Origin: Macrostomum lignano
Taxonomy: Eukaryota
NCBI GenBank assembly: GCA_002269645.1
Contig: NIVC01000349.1
Location: 124,001-188,000, forward strand
Direction: 5' to 3'
DNA: 64,000 bases
Every line of letters begins with the position of its first letter. Within the stretch, counting starts at the first letter, position 1. Position numbers and translations under genes: made by a program. Shown piece after piece: positions 23,283-35,100 of the stretch. The notes beneath the pieces were generated by a model. The model saw nothing but the letters and a program-made list of their open reading frames with translations, made no database searches and was not told where the DNA came from.

Positions 23283-24905
23283 TCAGGGGCAGAAGGCCGA
23301 CATCGCCTGCCGCACCTCATCGTCGCTCAGCTGCCTGCGGGCGACTCCGAAGCACCTCACGCAGAGCCGCTGGGAAGAAGAAGAAAATCGATAAAGATTT
23401 CCGAGCCGCAGTTGCTGCAGTCCCAGCTCCTGAGCCACCCAAGTCGAGTTAGAATAGTAAACTCTCAGCGGCTCTCCGATGGTAGGAGAATCCAAAATGC
23501 GGTTCTTCATCGCCAGCCGAATGTCGCACCAGCTGCCAGCACAGCCGGATCCGCTGAAGTAGTGGTCGTTGTGATGCCTAAGGAAATGCGTTGAGTTTCC
23601 AAGGTCCCGTTGCCGAACATCAAAACTAAATCTGTCCCCAGAATATTTAAAAATCTCAGCATAAAGGCTTTCCCTCCAATCCGGGCGCAAATGGTCGCTC
23701 AGGACCGACAGAAACCGAACCCAGCTGCCGTTGCTCCGAGTCAGCCTGAAGTACATGGTCCACTCTGCTGCGTTCCAGATCGACTCATTGAATGCCACGG
23801 GAGCTCCGACATTGTAGAGCTCCCCATAACTGGCACTTGAATTCTGCTTGAAGCAGGCCCCGTCCTCTGCCGACCTCTCCACGCCGAACTGGTCCTCGAT
23901 GGCGAAGGTGCGCGGGTCCACCAGGTTGTCGAGGCCCCTCCTGAAGTCGAACGCAGCCACAATGCCGTCCGACGCCTCCGTCTTGCACACGAACCTGTGC
24001 CTGCTGTGGCACCTGTCGCTGCGCAGTCGACCAGCTGACAGCGTGACGCAGTTCACAGTCCAGTCCGCACTGTCCGGGTGTCCAGTCTCCCATGCGGGCA
24101 GCTTGTTGTCGTGTTTCCCTGAGAAATCCGTCCACTGGTAGCAGAGCTCGCGACCCGCACTGTCAGGGAAGCAGGGGTTCAGCTTGATGAGGCCGAGCCA
24201 CACCGAGTCGAGCAGCTCTGCCGACTCGCAGCTGTCGATTCCGAAGCTGAGCTTGTTCACAAAGTCCAGCTCAGACTGGGTGAGCACCGACGCCAGCTGC
24301 GACGAGTTTCGCTGGCAGTAGAAGTTGGCCTCGTTGAAGTTGGCCTCAAACTGCGGCATCACGTAGCACTGCTCGTTGTGCAGCCACCAGCCGCTGGGAC
24401 ATCGGCCCTTCGACCGCCACCACAAGTCGACGAGACTGCTGGATTTGGCGCTCAACTTGCACACAAACGGGTGCCGCTCGTGATGCAGCGAGTTGAGCCA
24501 CCACTCACCGTCACTGCGGATCAGAGGCTTGTGAACGCTGTCCAGCTGAGAGAAGTTGTGTCTCTCGAAGCTCCCTACGCCGCCGCCGTCCGTCCACCTG
24601 TAGCTTGTAGGGTCGGCCAGACGGTCGAGGTCGGTGCCGAACAAACCGATCCAGGCGTCTCTGCAGTGAGACAGTCGGCCTACCAGTCGGTTCTCTTGCT
24701 CACTTTGGATGGACGCGAGGTGAGCCCGGTGAGACAGACAAGTCTGCTCGGCCTGAAACCAGTAGTTCGGCTCGCTGAACCACTTGTAGCATGAGTGAGC
24801 TCGGTGTGTCCAGCCGTGTCCGGGACACTGAGCAGAGGCAGCGGTGAGCAGCAGAGCTGCAGTGGCTGCGGCGAGGCAGGCAGCGAGTAGCTGGCGGTGC
24901 TGCAT
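23283..24905 (-). CDS. C-type lectin copy 2: secreted, 2 CTLDs + C-terminal putative LamG/ConA-like module (540 aa)
   Basis: Uninterrupted ORF with a hydrophobic signal peptide. CTLD motifs CYKW..WFQAEQTC..LASI..WIGL..FVCK and CY...C..QLAS..WLGL..C...C...FVCK. AATAAA on the minus strand at about 23253-23258 and 23235-23240. An in-frame upstream ATG lies at 25028. Confidence 0.9.
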   Translation of the reverse strand: MQHRQLLAACLAAATAALLLTAASAQCPGHGWTHRAHSCYKWFSEPNYWFQAEQTCLSHRAHLASIQSEQENRLVGRLSHCRDAWIGLFGTDLDRLADPTSYRWTDGGGVGSFERHNFSQLDSVHKPLIRSDGEWWLNSLHHERHPFVCKLSAKSSSLVDLWWRSKGRCPSGWWLHNEQCYVMPQFEANFNEANFYCQRNSSQLASVLTQSELDFVNKLSFGIDSCESAELLDSVWLGLIKLNPCFPDSAGRELCYQWTDFSGKHDNKLPAWETGHPDSADWTVNCVTLSAGRLRSDRCHSRHRFVCKTEASDGIVAAFDFRRGLDNLVDPRTFAIEDQFGVERSAEDGACFKQNSSASYGELYNVGAPVAFNESIWNAAEWTMYFRLTRSNGSWVRFLSVLSDHLRPDWRESLYAEIFKYSGDRFSFDVRQRDLGNSTHFLRHHNDHYFSGSGCAGSWCDIRLAMKNRILDSPTIGEPLRVYYSNSTWVAQELGLQQLRLGNLYRFSSSSQRLCVRCFGVARRQLSDDEVRQAMSAFCP

Positions 24906-25368
24906 TTGCTGAGTCGGCAATGGGAGTCGCTGATTGAAGCGGCCACTTTGAGTTGCAGATTTGAGCAGACATTTGAGAAGCAACTGTACAAGTCCCTTTA
25001 GCAGCAGCTGTACAAGTCCCTGTAGCATCAGTTGTACTTGATCAAGTGCTTGAAATGAATTATTTTCATTAGTAGTAGCACTAGCTATGACTTACCTGTA
25101 TGTCTATTGACAAGCAGTAAGCACTACTAACAAACACAGATTTCTTCACTGAAGTTGGTTCCGCATTCCAAAAGTCTATAGGTCTACAGGAAGCATTTCG
25201 GCTAAAATGCAGTGCGAGTTTGTAAAATTTTCGGCAGCTGCCTGCATGAAAATAGCTGTCAATTGTTCTTTGAAGTTTTGCCCAGGCATCATTGGGACTT
25301 TCCATTTCATTTCATTTCATTTGAGGTTGGGGTACCTTTATAAGCGCCAAACACCAGGCGACAAAGAT

Positions 25369-26931
25369 CACAGAATATACACAGAATGGCGAATCGGCAG
25401 TTCTCTATGGAAGCGAAAATAAATGCGCTTGCACTACTAACGTTGTGAAGCTGATAAGTAGCTGCGATTTTTTAAACGCAAAGTTGAATGTAAAAGTTGA
25501 GCTCAAGACAGCCTTTGAAAGCTCTGAATCGTCGTTTTGACGCTGCAGATGAATGCTGCGCTATCCTTGTAATTAATTTGTTCAAACGGTACGTCCGCAA
25601 AGTCATGAGCAGTAGTAAGAACTGTTATAACCTCATTGCCATGTACATGTAAGCTAAAAAACAAAAGGAACAAACATATAACAGCAGGTTAAGTTTTAGC
25701 GCTGCACGCAAGGCAGGAAATGCCAGACGCAACAGAAATAGCAAATCTCATGCAATCACACTCATCCTCTTGAACTTCCTCAATTGCTCATTGCAAAATG
25801 CTCACCCGCGCTTTCTCTCCTGAGCCGCAATCCTGTGCCAATTGCACCAATGGTGCAAGCACAGCCTCGAGAACAGCCTCACAATGCCCATCACGCATCT
25901 CTCTGAGTGCTCAGCGCAATGAGTCACAATAATTGGCCTGATGCAATCGGCCAAAAATTTTCTGATTCTGTGTGACACAACAGCATGCATGAACTCTGCC
26001 ACTTCCAGCAATTTGAATTGGCGTTCCATCTCAGTGACAGCTCTGATAACTGCTCTGCTTGGGGTGGCTAAGCTGTCATCCCGCTTGCACTTCAGTCGCA
26101 GGAAGCGTGTCCGAATTGCTTTTCCTTCAGTTCCTGCTGGCACACCTCACACTTGAACTCGGTTTTAAAGAAGCGGATCACAGCAACCAGCCGCCGACAT
26201 ATGCGCACTTCTCGTCATCTAAGTCATCCGATGTAGCAAAGAGCTCATCACCTGCTTCCGTGAGATCTGAGTCACAAGTGTTGCCCTGCAGGTGGACTGG
26301 ATCTGGAGCTTCTTGGCTCACTGCAGCCTTGGATGCTCTCTGGCTGCTGGAAACCGGTGAAATCTAGTGCCCGGCGGCCACTTGCCGGCGTAGTTGGGGC
26401 ATCCGTACGCAGCGCACTGAAGCCTCAAAGCAGACGCAGTTCATGCGAAAACAGTATCACAATAAGCTGCGTATTAAAACTCTAGCAGTATGCCTTCGGT
26501 ATTACATGTAGCACTTTTGAAGCCAAACCTAGCTTCAGCAGCACCAGCCTGGGCCATAGAGAATGCAATACAGCAAAGACAGGCTAGCGCGATCAATAAT
26601 GCATTTGACCTGCATGCTTTCACGCCACGAGCTCGTGCTTGAACGCCCAAGGCATGCTGTCTATGGCACTAACTTAAAGCGCAGCAGAAGGCAGGGCCAG
26701 CCTTAAGGTAGTTTCTAAAAATAGCACAGTTTAGAAGGGGGGTGGGTTGGTTCATCAAGCCTTCCTATATTCTGTGGGACAAACCCGCAATAAATGGTAA
26801 AGAATTGGTAAAGTGCCATTCAGCAGCCTACTTAGTTTCTCTTCACAACAAGAGTAGCCAGTATAGAATATCATTCTTGTGCAAGAAATTTTCTCAAAAT
26901 GCGGGATTCGCCATTCTGTGTATATTCTGTG
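25369..26931 (-). mobile_element. Non-autonomous P-element-like (THAP) DNA transposon
   Basis: Perfect 27-bp TIR CACAGAATATACACAGAATGGCGAATC (25369-25395 and 26905-26931). 8-bp TSD ACAAAGAT/ACAAATAT. Internal THAP start CAAYGCPN...RFHRFP (26318-26428) and a transposase C-terminal remnant CAYVGGWL..CEVC..LATPS..EMERQF (25802-26300). Confidence 0.85.
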
Positions 26932-27619
26932 ACAAATATTGCGAATATTACTGCTGCAATTGTAGTTTAAAAAGGCGTGATAAGCAGAGACTCTTAATTC
27001 ACAAACCCTTACTTCCAATCATTCACCCTCCCTTTGATTCACCAAAAGTTCAGTCACAGACTCCAAATTCACACTCAATTCACCAACTCCAAGATTACAT
27101 GGAATTCAATATGTAGCTCAGTTACATGTAATCTTCCATATTGAGCTACATGTAATATTCCATATTGAGCTACATGTAATCTTCCATATTGAGCTACATG
27201 TAATCTTCCATATTGAGCTACATGTAATCAATTCCATATTGAGCTACATGTAATATTCCATATTGAGCTACATGTAATCTTCCATATTGAGCTACATGTA
27301 ATCTTCCATATTGAGCTACATGTAATCTTCCACATTGAGCTACATGTAATCTTCCATATTGAGCTACATGTAATCTTCCATATTGAGCTACATGTAATCT
27401 TCCACATTGAGCTACATGTAATCTTCCATATTGAGCTACATGTAATCTTCCACATTGAGCTACATGTAATCTTCCATATTGAGCTACATGTAATCTTCCA
27501 TATTGAGCTACATGTAATCTTCCATATTGAGCTACAAGGCCTCAGAGAACAGTGGCTGACTGTGTTGAAGTGTTCTGAAACCAGCTAAGTAGTCAGTACG
27601 AGTAGTATATCAGCGCATA

Positions 27620-27625
27620 TTTATT
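27620..27625 (-). terminator. Candidate kinesin poly(A) signal (AATAAA); paralog at about 7448-7453
   Basis: An AATAAA on the sense strand about 1 kb after the stop, conserved in both copies. Confidence 0.35.
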
Positions 27626-28588
27626 AGTTGTCAATGCAGATGCAGGTAAAAAAACACAAAAGCTTCAATCCGCAGACAATGTCAATCACATTGGGAGGTG
27701 ACAGTCGAGGTCGGGACAGACCGCATGGTTTGGGACAAAATCACCAAATGAATGAAGGAGTCGAGCAGCAGGTACTGAAGGTGACACAAATACTGACAGA
27801 CTGCAGTGCCATCCGGGGTGAAGGCAATCAACTCAGGAAATAAAAAAGCAAAACTGACAAGCAATTCCAATTCGTAAAAAGGCCAATAGCAGCAATTAAT
27901 GGAATACTTTCCTCGGGACTGAAGAACTGCGTGACAAAAAAGACGCACAAAACGCATGACTTACTACTTATAACAAATTGTGAATCAGTAGTACATCACA
28001 ATAAATAAATCAGTTCGATTATGCAACAGAGAAGATTGTTGGAACTGTGACTGGGGAATGAATGCAGATTAACTGGGGACTGGCTGGGACTGAAACTGGT
28101 TGTGGGGACTCGAGGCTGATCGGCTTTGATTGACAGGTGACTGAACATTGCTGAGGTGATCAGCAATGGGAATTGGACTGATGCAGCACAGAAACTTGCA
28201 GGCTCAGTGGGGTTTCGCCCGTAGAGAGGCTGATGGAGAAGCTGGAGAGGCTGATGGGGAAGCTGGAGAGAATGATGAGGAAGCTGGACAGGCTGATGGA
28301 GAAGCTGGAGAGGCTGATGGGGAAGCTAGAGAGGCTGAAGGGGAAGCTGGAGAGGCTGATAGAGAAGCTGGAGAGGCTGATGGGGAAGCTAGAGAGGCTG
28401 AAGGGGAAGCTAGAGAGGCTGATGGGGAAGCTGGAGAGGCTGATGGGAAAGCTGGAGAGGCTGATGGGGAAGCTGGAGAGACTGATGAGGAAGCTGGAGA
28501 GGCTGATGAGGAAGCTGGAGAGGCTGATGAGGAAGCTGGAGAGGCTGATGGAGAGGCTGATGGAGAACTCCGAACGAGAGCCGCAGCC

Positions 28589-29170
28589 TCATTTTCCAGC
28601 CTTCATCTGCTGCGACGCCCTCCTCCGCGGCTGCAGCACCTTGTCGTGCCTGACGAACAGGCCGTGGCGGGCCCTGCACCTGAAGTACTTGACGCCCTTC
28701 ACCGAGCCGTCGTTGCGGCCCTCAGGCTGGTCCAGTTCCACCCCCACCCAGGTGCCCGCCGCGAACTGGGTGGGGCCGCAGAACCTCACGTGACCCGGCA
28801 GCCTCGCGCCCTGCGGCTGCTGCACCAGACACGGCTCACCCGGCTTCAGCCAGGCTGGCGGCGCGGTGTCCACCCTGCCGGAGCCGCTAAGGTCCTGTCG
28901 GGAGCCGAAGGCTGACGCGCTGTCGGAGAACTCCTCGTCACCGCCTCCGCCGTTCGGCGCCTTCTGGGCGGCCCGCTTGGGGCTCTGCAGCAGGCGGGTG
29001 AGGCGGACAAGGTCCTCGCCTTCGCCGGCCTCCGCGGCCTCCTGCGGCTGCTCCGCCGCGGTGCTCAACGGCGGGGGCGGCGGCTGCGTCAGCGACGGAG
29101 CTTCCGGGGGCTCAGCGGGTGGCGGCTGCGCGGTCTCGAGGACTGCGGAGTCCACGGACTGCGGCACCTC
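28589..29170 (-). CDS. KIF13: KIF13 terminal exon with CAP-Gly domain
   Basis: [40 protein letters not shown]...GLFVR; stop at 28589. Confidence 0.95.
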   Translation of the reverse strand, partial: EVPQSVDSAVLETAQPPPAEPPEAPSLTQPPPPPLSTAAEQPQEAAEAGEGEDLVRLTRLLQSPKRAAQKAPNGGGGDEEFSDSASAFGSRQDLSGSGRVDTAPPAWLKPGEPCLVQQPQGARLPGHVRFCGPTQFAAGTWVGVELDQPEGRNDGSVKGVKYFRCRARHGLFVRHDKVLQPRRRASQQMKAGK

Positions 29171-32100
29171 CTGAGAGCAGCAGGTTTGAAATCCCATCTT
29201 ACTGATTCCCCACTCAGATCCCACCTGACTAATTCCCCACTCAGATCCCACCTGACTGATTCCCCACTCAGATCCCACCTGACTGATTCCATACTCAGAT
29301 CCCGTCTGACTGATTCCCCACTCACATCCCGTCTGATTGATTCCCTCACATCCCACCTGACCGATTCCCTCACATCCTCACCTGACCAATTCCCTCACAT
29401 CCCACCTGACCGATTCCCTCACATCCCACCTGACCGATTCCCTCACGCCCTCACCTGCTGCTGGAAGGCCGCCCACGAGGTGTCCCTGTCCAGGTACATG
29501 GACTGCGTCAGCTGTGCCCTCTCCGACTTGCTCTTCCGCATCCGCCCGCCGCAGTCCTCGTTGAAGGGATTCCGGCGCCGGCTGCCCCCGTCATCGCCGT
29601 CGCTGTCTTCAGACGCCGCGTCGCCGCCGCGGTCGGGGAAGTCCGCCTCGCCGAGGAAGTCGCCGCCGGGGCCGCCACGGTGACCGCCGAAGCTGGCGGC
29701 CTCCTCAGCCAGCGGCTTCATGGGAGTCAGCAGCAGCGAGGACCGCGACATCAGCCCGCCTGCGCCTCCGCTGCCTCCACCGCTGCCTCCGCTGCCTCCG
29801 GCTCCGCCAAGGACTCCGGCAGGGTGCGAGGACAGCGGGCTGATCAGGGGGTTCTTGGCCGCTGCTGACGCCGGGTTGGAAGGGAGCGGAGGGGGGCGGG
29901 GGTCTGCAGAGCTCTGACGTCTGACATTCACCAGTCATGCCGTCTAACATCCACTGACATTCACTAGTCATGCTGTCTGACATTCACCAGTCATGCCGTC
30001 TGACATCCACTGACATTCACCAGTCATGCTGTCTGACATTCACTGACATTCACCAGTCATGCGTCTGACATTCACTGACATTCACCAGTCATGCCGTCTG
30101 ACATCCACTGACATTCACCAGTCATGCCGTCTGACATCCACTGACATTCACAAGTCATGCCGTCTGACATCCACTGACATTCACCAGTCATGCCGTCTGA
30201 CATCCACTGACATTATTTACATCTGTCTCTAACACCCTCCCTTCACACTCTCCCTCCCACACCCTCCGTCACATTCGCATTTCATCAAGCCACAAACTTC
30301 ATAACAAAGAAGAACAAGAGCAATAAAAACGGAAAAAGTTAAACTAAAATGAACAAATAAAGGTCAAATTACTGAAAAGCGCGCAAATGTGTACATATTT
30401 AGCCTACTGGTCATAAGTAGCATAGCGCGCTTCGAAGTTTTCAGACTGAGACCTGAACGGGAAGGGAGAGTTGGGATTCCCTACTTTCCGCATGCTGCAC
30501 TGCTACTCACAGTAGTAAGCACCTGATACAGGAGTTGTCAGTTCATGCGGCATGCTAAAATAGATTCATATGCATTTCACCTACTGACAGTACTGCATGG
30601 CTACCAAAATAAACACAATAGTCAGATATCGAATCCGACTTATGGAAATATATAATTATTGGCAAATGAATTATTATAAGTGGCACAGTGCGAGTTAAAA
30701 TGCTAATACACTAATTGGGTGCAGGGCATTAGTAAGTCTGGACTAATGCTGAGCTGCTGCGATGCTGAGGCAGCTCGTGCGATGCATCATCTCAGACTCA
30801 CTCAGAGTATCTCAGCCTCACTCAGAGTATCTCAGACTGACTCAGAGTATCTCAGTCTCACTCAGAGTATCTCAGTCTCACTCAGAGTATCTCAGTCTCA
30901 CCCAGAGTATCTCAGTCTCACCCAGTGTATCTCAGTCCACTTAAAGTATCTTAGTCTCACCCAGAGTACCTCAGTCTCACTCAGAGTATCTCAGTCCCAC
31001 CCAGAGTATTTCAGTCTCACTCAGAGTATCTCAGTCTCACCCAGAGTATCTCAGTCTCACTCAGAGTATCTCAGTCTCACCCAGAGTATCTCAGTCTCAC
31101 CCAGTGTATCTCAGTCCACTTAAAGTATCTCAGTCTCACTCAGAGTACCTCAGTCTCACTCAGAGTATCTCAGTCCCACCCAGAGTATCTCAGTCCCACC
31201 CAGAGTATCTCAGTCTCACTTAGAGTATCTCAGTCTCACCCAGAGTACCTCAGTCTCACTCAAAGTATCTCAGTCTCACTCAGAGTATCTCAGTCTCACC
31301 CAGAGTACCTCAGTCTCACTTAGAGTATCTCAGTCTCACCCAGAGTACCTCAGTCTCACTTAGAGTATCTCAGTCTCACCCAGAGTACCTCAGTCTCACT
31401 TAGAGTATCTCAGTCTCACCAAGAGTATCTTAGTCTCACTCAGAGTATCTCAGTCTCACCCAGAGTATCTCAGTCTCACTCAGAATGCACAAGCATCTTG
31501 AGTATGAGTTATTTTCAGTTAGTTCACAACACTGACAGCCTACTGCAACAGAAATATTTGAGCAATGCGACTGACATGAGGGGATGGGGTGGGCAGTGAG
31601 ACGGCAGTCTGAGTTCTCATAAATCTCACAGACGGCTGCCTCTCTCGGGTAAAAATAAAAAATAAATCAATATTGATGCGCCAAAATAAAACCGGAATGA
31701 GAAAACACGACTCCGTCAGCTGATTAACTGAATTTCTGGCGCCGATTCAAATATTTACCTATTGGCCAGTACTTTCTAATCTTTTGCGTGTTCAAGTTAA
31801 GAAAGTTGGGGCGGCTGCCTGCAAACAGGTTGGCAGGACAAGATTTCTTGTCATGATGTTCTTGTGAAAATGAAAATTGCGATTTTTAAGGCATTGCTGG
31901 TAGGTAAGAATTTGGTAAAAGCTCAAAGACAACGCTCAAAGAGAAAAGAGAAAAGAGAAAGGAGAGGGAGATAAGACAAGAGAGATCAGGAGGGAGTTGG
32001 GAGAAGAGAGAGAAGAGAGGAGAGATAAGAAAGGCGAGATGAGAGATGAGAGAGGAGAGATGAGAGGAGAGATGAGAGATGAGAGAGGGGATATGAGAGA

Positions 32101-35100
32101 TGAGAGAGGAGAGATGAGAGAGGGGAGCTGAGAGAGGAGAGATGAGAGATGAGAGATGAGAGAGGAGAGATGAGAGAGGAGAGAGTAGAGATGAGAGAGG
32201 GGAGATGAGGGATGAGAGATGAGAGATGAGAGAGGAGAGATGAGAGATGAGACAGGAGGGATGAGAGATGAGAGGAGAGATGAGAGATGAGAGAGGAGAG
32301 AGGAGAGATGAGAGAGGGGAGATGAGAGAAGAGGAGCAGCTGCCCTCACCGCAATCGTATGCAGAAAATAAAAGTAAAAGTTGCAGTTTATGAAACAGGA
32401 CAGGAACTTCTGCAGCACCGCAACCTCATGCTAAAGAACACTGTGATTTTTAATATTTAATATTTATGAGTAACTGTTCGAAAGAATATTTAAAAACTGC
32501 TCGGGTTGGTAAAACAGCGTACTTGTTCAAGATTAACAATATCTAGTAAAACAGATTATATAAAACTTAAATTACTTAAATTGAAAATGGAAAATTTATG
32601 CAATACCTTCAAGAGGCTCCGGGTGTTCTAAAAGCAGACAGCAGATTAAGCTTCAGATTTAGAACTCTTGCTATAGGTGAACAGTAGAGGGGGCAGGGGA
32701 GGGTACAGAGGGGAAAGCAGAGGGTACAGAGGGGACAGGAGAGGGTACAGAGGGGACAGGAGAGGGTACAGAGGGGACAGGGTAGGGTACAGAGGGGACA
32801 GGAGAGGGTACAGAGGGGACAGGAGAGGGTACAGGGGGGGAGTAGAGGGTACACATGGTTCCCCAAGCAGCGCACAGATCCCGAATTCGAACCCGCGACC
32901 ACAGGCACGCACGCACAGGCTCGCACACTTACTGCCAACTGGGCCAATCAGAGCGCTTGGCGGTTCGGCTCTGCGCAGTGCGGCGTGCAGGTTCTGCACA
33001 GAAGCGCTGGGCTGCTGCTGCGGCTGCTGCTGCTGCGGGGGGACCGGCGGCCCGCCAGCGGCCGCGGCGACAGAGGCTGCCTGACCACCGGCAAGATAGC
33101 CGGGCTCATTCAATTTGAGCAGACTCAGCGAGCCAAGCGATACGGATCGAATCATTTGCTGAAATTTGGCGTAGCGAAATCATGTTCGATATTAGCTACT
33201 GACTGACTGCGATGAGTAGCCAAGTAAAACATTTTAAGACCGTTTCTAATATACAGGGTAAATTTTACTTACGAATATCTTAGCTTCTTAAAACCTTATT
33301 AACTGTCTATGGTGAAAACCCTGGCTTGGCTATCATGATATAAACTGTTTATCTTATGATATAAACAGTCCATAAACAGTTTATCCTACTCTAAACGGCC
33401 ACACAGAAACCACACAGCCGCAACTCACCCCACCGTCCGCGCCCATGACCTGCATGGACTTTCTGGTCGCTCTGGTTTTTGCATTCTTCGAGAATTTCAC
33501 CGCAGCCTCCTGCCTGGCCTTCTCCTCCCGAAGGAAGTACTCAACAGCCGACACTGCGCTCAGGTACTGCTTGATGTAGGTCTCGCTGTCGGGCTGAGCT
33601 GGTTTCCAGCTTCCGTTTGATGAGGCACCTGCGGCAGATGAGGCGGCTGACCCGGGAGCGGCCGGTGCGGCGGAATTTCCGTCAGTCAGTTTGGAGTCGC
33701 TGATGGCGGAGGACTCGGCCAGCAGTGAGCAGCTGCTTGAGTCCTCTGCCGGGCCTGCCAGGGAGCTGATGGCGTCTGATGAGGCTGCGGCCAGCACTGC
33801 CAGGGACTTCCGGTCCTCCACTTCCCCAGTTGCTGGGGGAATGCTGGACACAATCTGATAGGTGATGCCCGTCTCCGAGATGAGGTCCTGGGGACATGAT
33901 GGGGCCGGTTGCGTGCTCAGATCCCAAGTCCTCAGATCCCAGCTCAGCCAGTCCTCAGATCCCAAGTCCTCAGATCCCAAGTCCTCAGATCCCAAGTCCT
34001 CAGATCCCAGCTCAGCCAGTCCTCAGATCCCAAGTCCTCAGATCCCAGCTCAGCCAGTCCTCAGATCCCAAGTCCTCAGATCCCAGCTCAGCCAGTCCTC
34101 AGATCCCAGCTCAGCCAGTCCTCAGATCCCAGCTCAGCCCGTCCTCAGATCCCAAGTCCTCAGATCCCAGCTCAGCCAGTCCTCAGATCCCAGCTCAGCC
34201 AGTCCTCAGATCCCAAGTCCTCAGATCCCAAGTCCTCAGATCCCAAGTCCTCAGATCCCAAGTCCTCAGATCCCAAGTCTTCAGATCCCAAGTCCTCAGA
34301 TCCCAAGTCTTCAGATCCCAAGTCTTCAGATCATAAGTCCTCAGATCCCAAGTCTTCAGATCCCAAGTCCTCAGATCCCAAGTCCTCAGATCCCAAGTCC
34401 TCAGATCCCAAGTCCTCAGATCCAAAGTCCTCAGATAGCTCAGCCAGTCCTCAGATCCCAAGTCCTCAGATCCAAAGTCCTCAGATCCCTGCTCAGCCAG
34501 TCCTAAGATCCCAAGTCCTCAGATCCCAAATCCTCAGATTTGAAGTCCTCAGATCCCAGCTCATCCCAGTCCTCAGATCCCAGCTCAGCCAGTCCTCAGA
34601 TCCCAGCTCATCCCAGTCTTCAAATCCCTTCAAACAAAGAGCTTCATGCACTTTAGAATACACAAAAATAAAGTTGACAACATCAATACAACAACTAACG
34701 TAAGAGACTCACTTCAGCTGAACAATGACAGGTTCATGCAAGAAAAATAGCAGCAATTTACTAAAACTGCCGCTCAAAGTAGGCTAATGAAGGCGTGCAA
34801 AATGCAAAACAGAAAAATTACTATCTAAACTAGATTTTAAGAAGTACAAAGGTTATTAGAGTTTAAATTGGATATAATGAGTTTAAAAGTGAACTGAATG
34901 CCACCTACCAGCTGCTGTCAGTGACGAGAATATAAAATGGCTTCATCTTCCCAACCAAACTTATCGAGTCTGGGCAGCACATCCTTGATTGAAATCTCCC
35001 GTTTTAAACCAATTTTCAAGAAGACACACTGAACAAAATTTTGATGATTCTTTAATCTGCATCCTGTCTTTCTTAGAATTGGAGTTAGTCTGTTTCACAC

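Noticed and set aside
32350-32409. 60-nt exon candidate ([20 protein letters not shown]) or an AT-AC intron end
   Set aside because: Weak acceptor, does not fix the reading frame, and there is no U12 donor or branch motif; kept out of the gene model.
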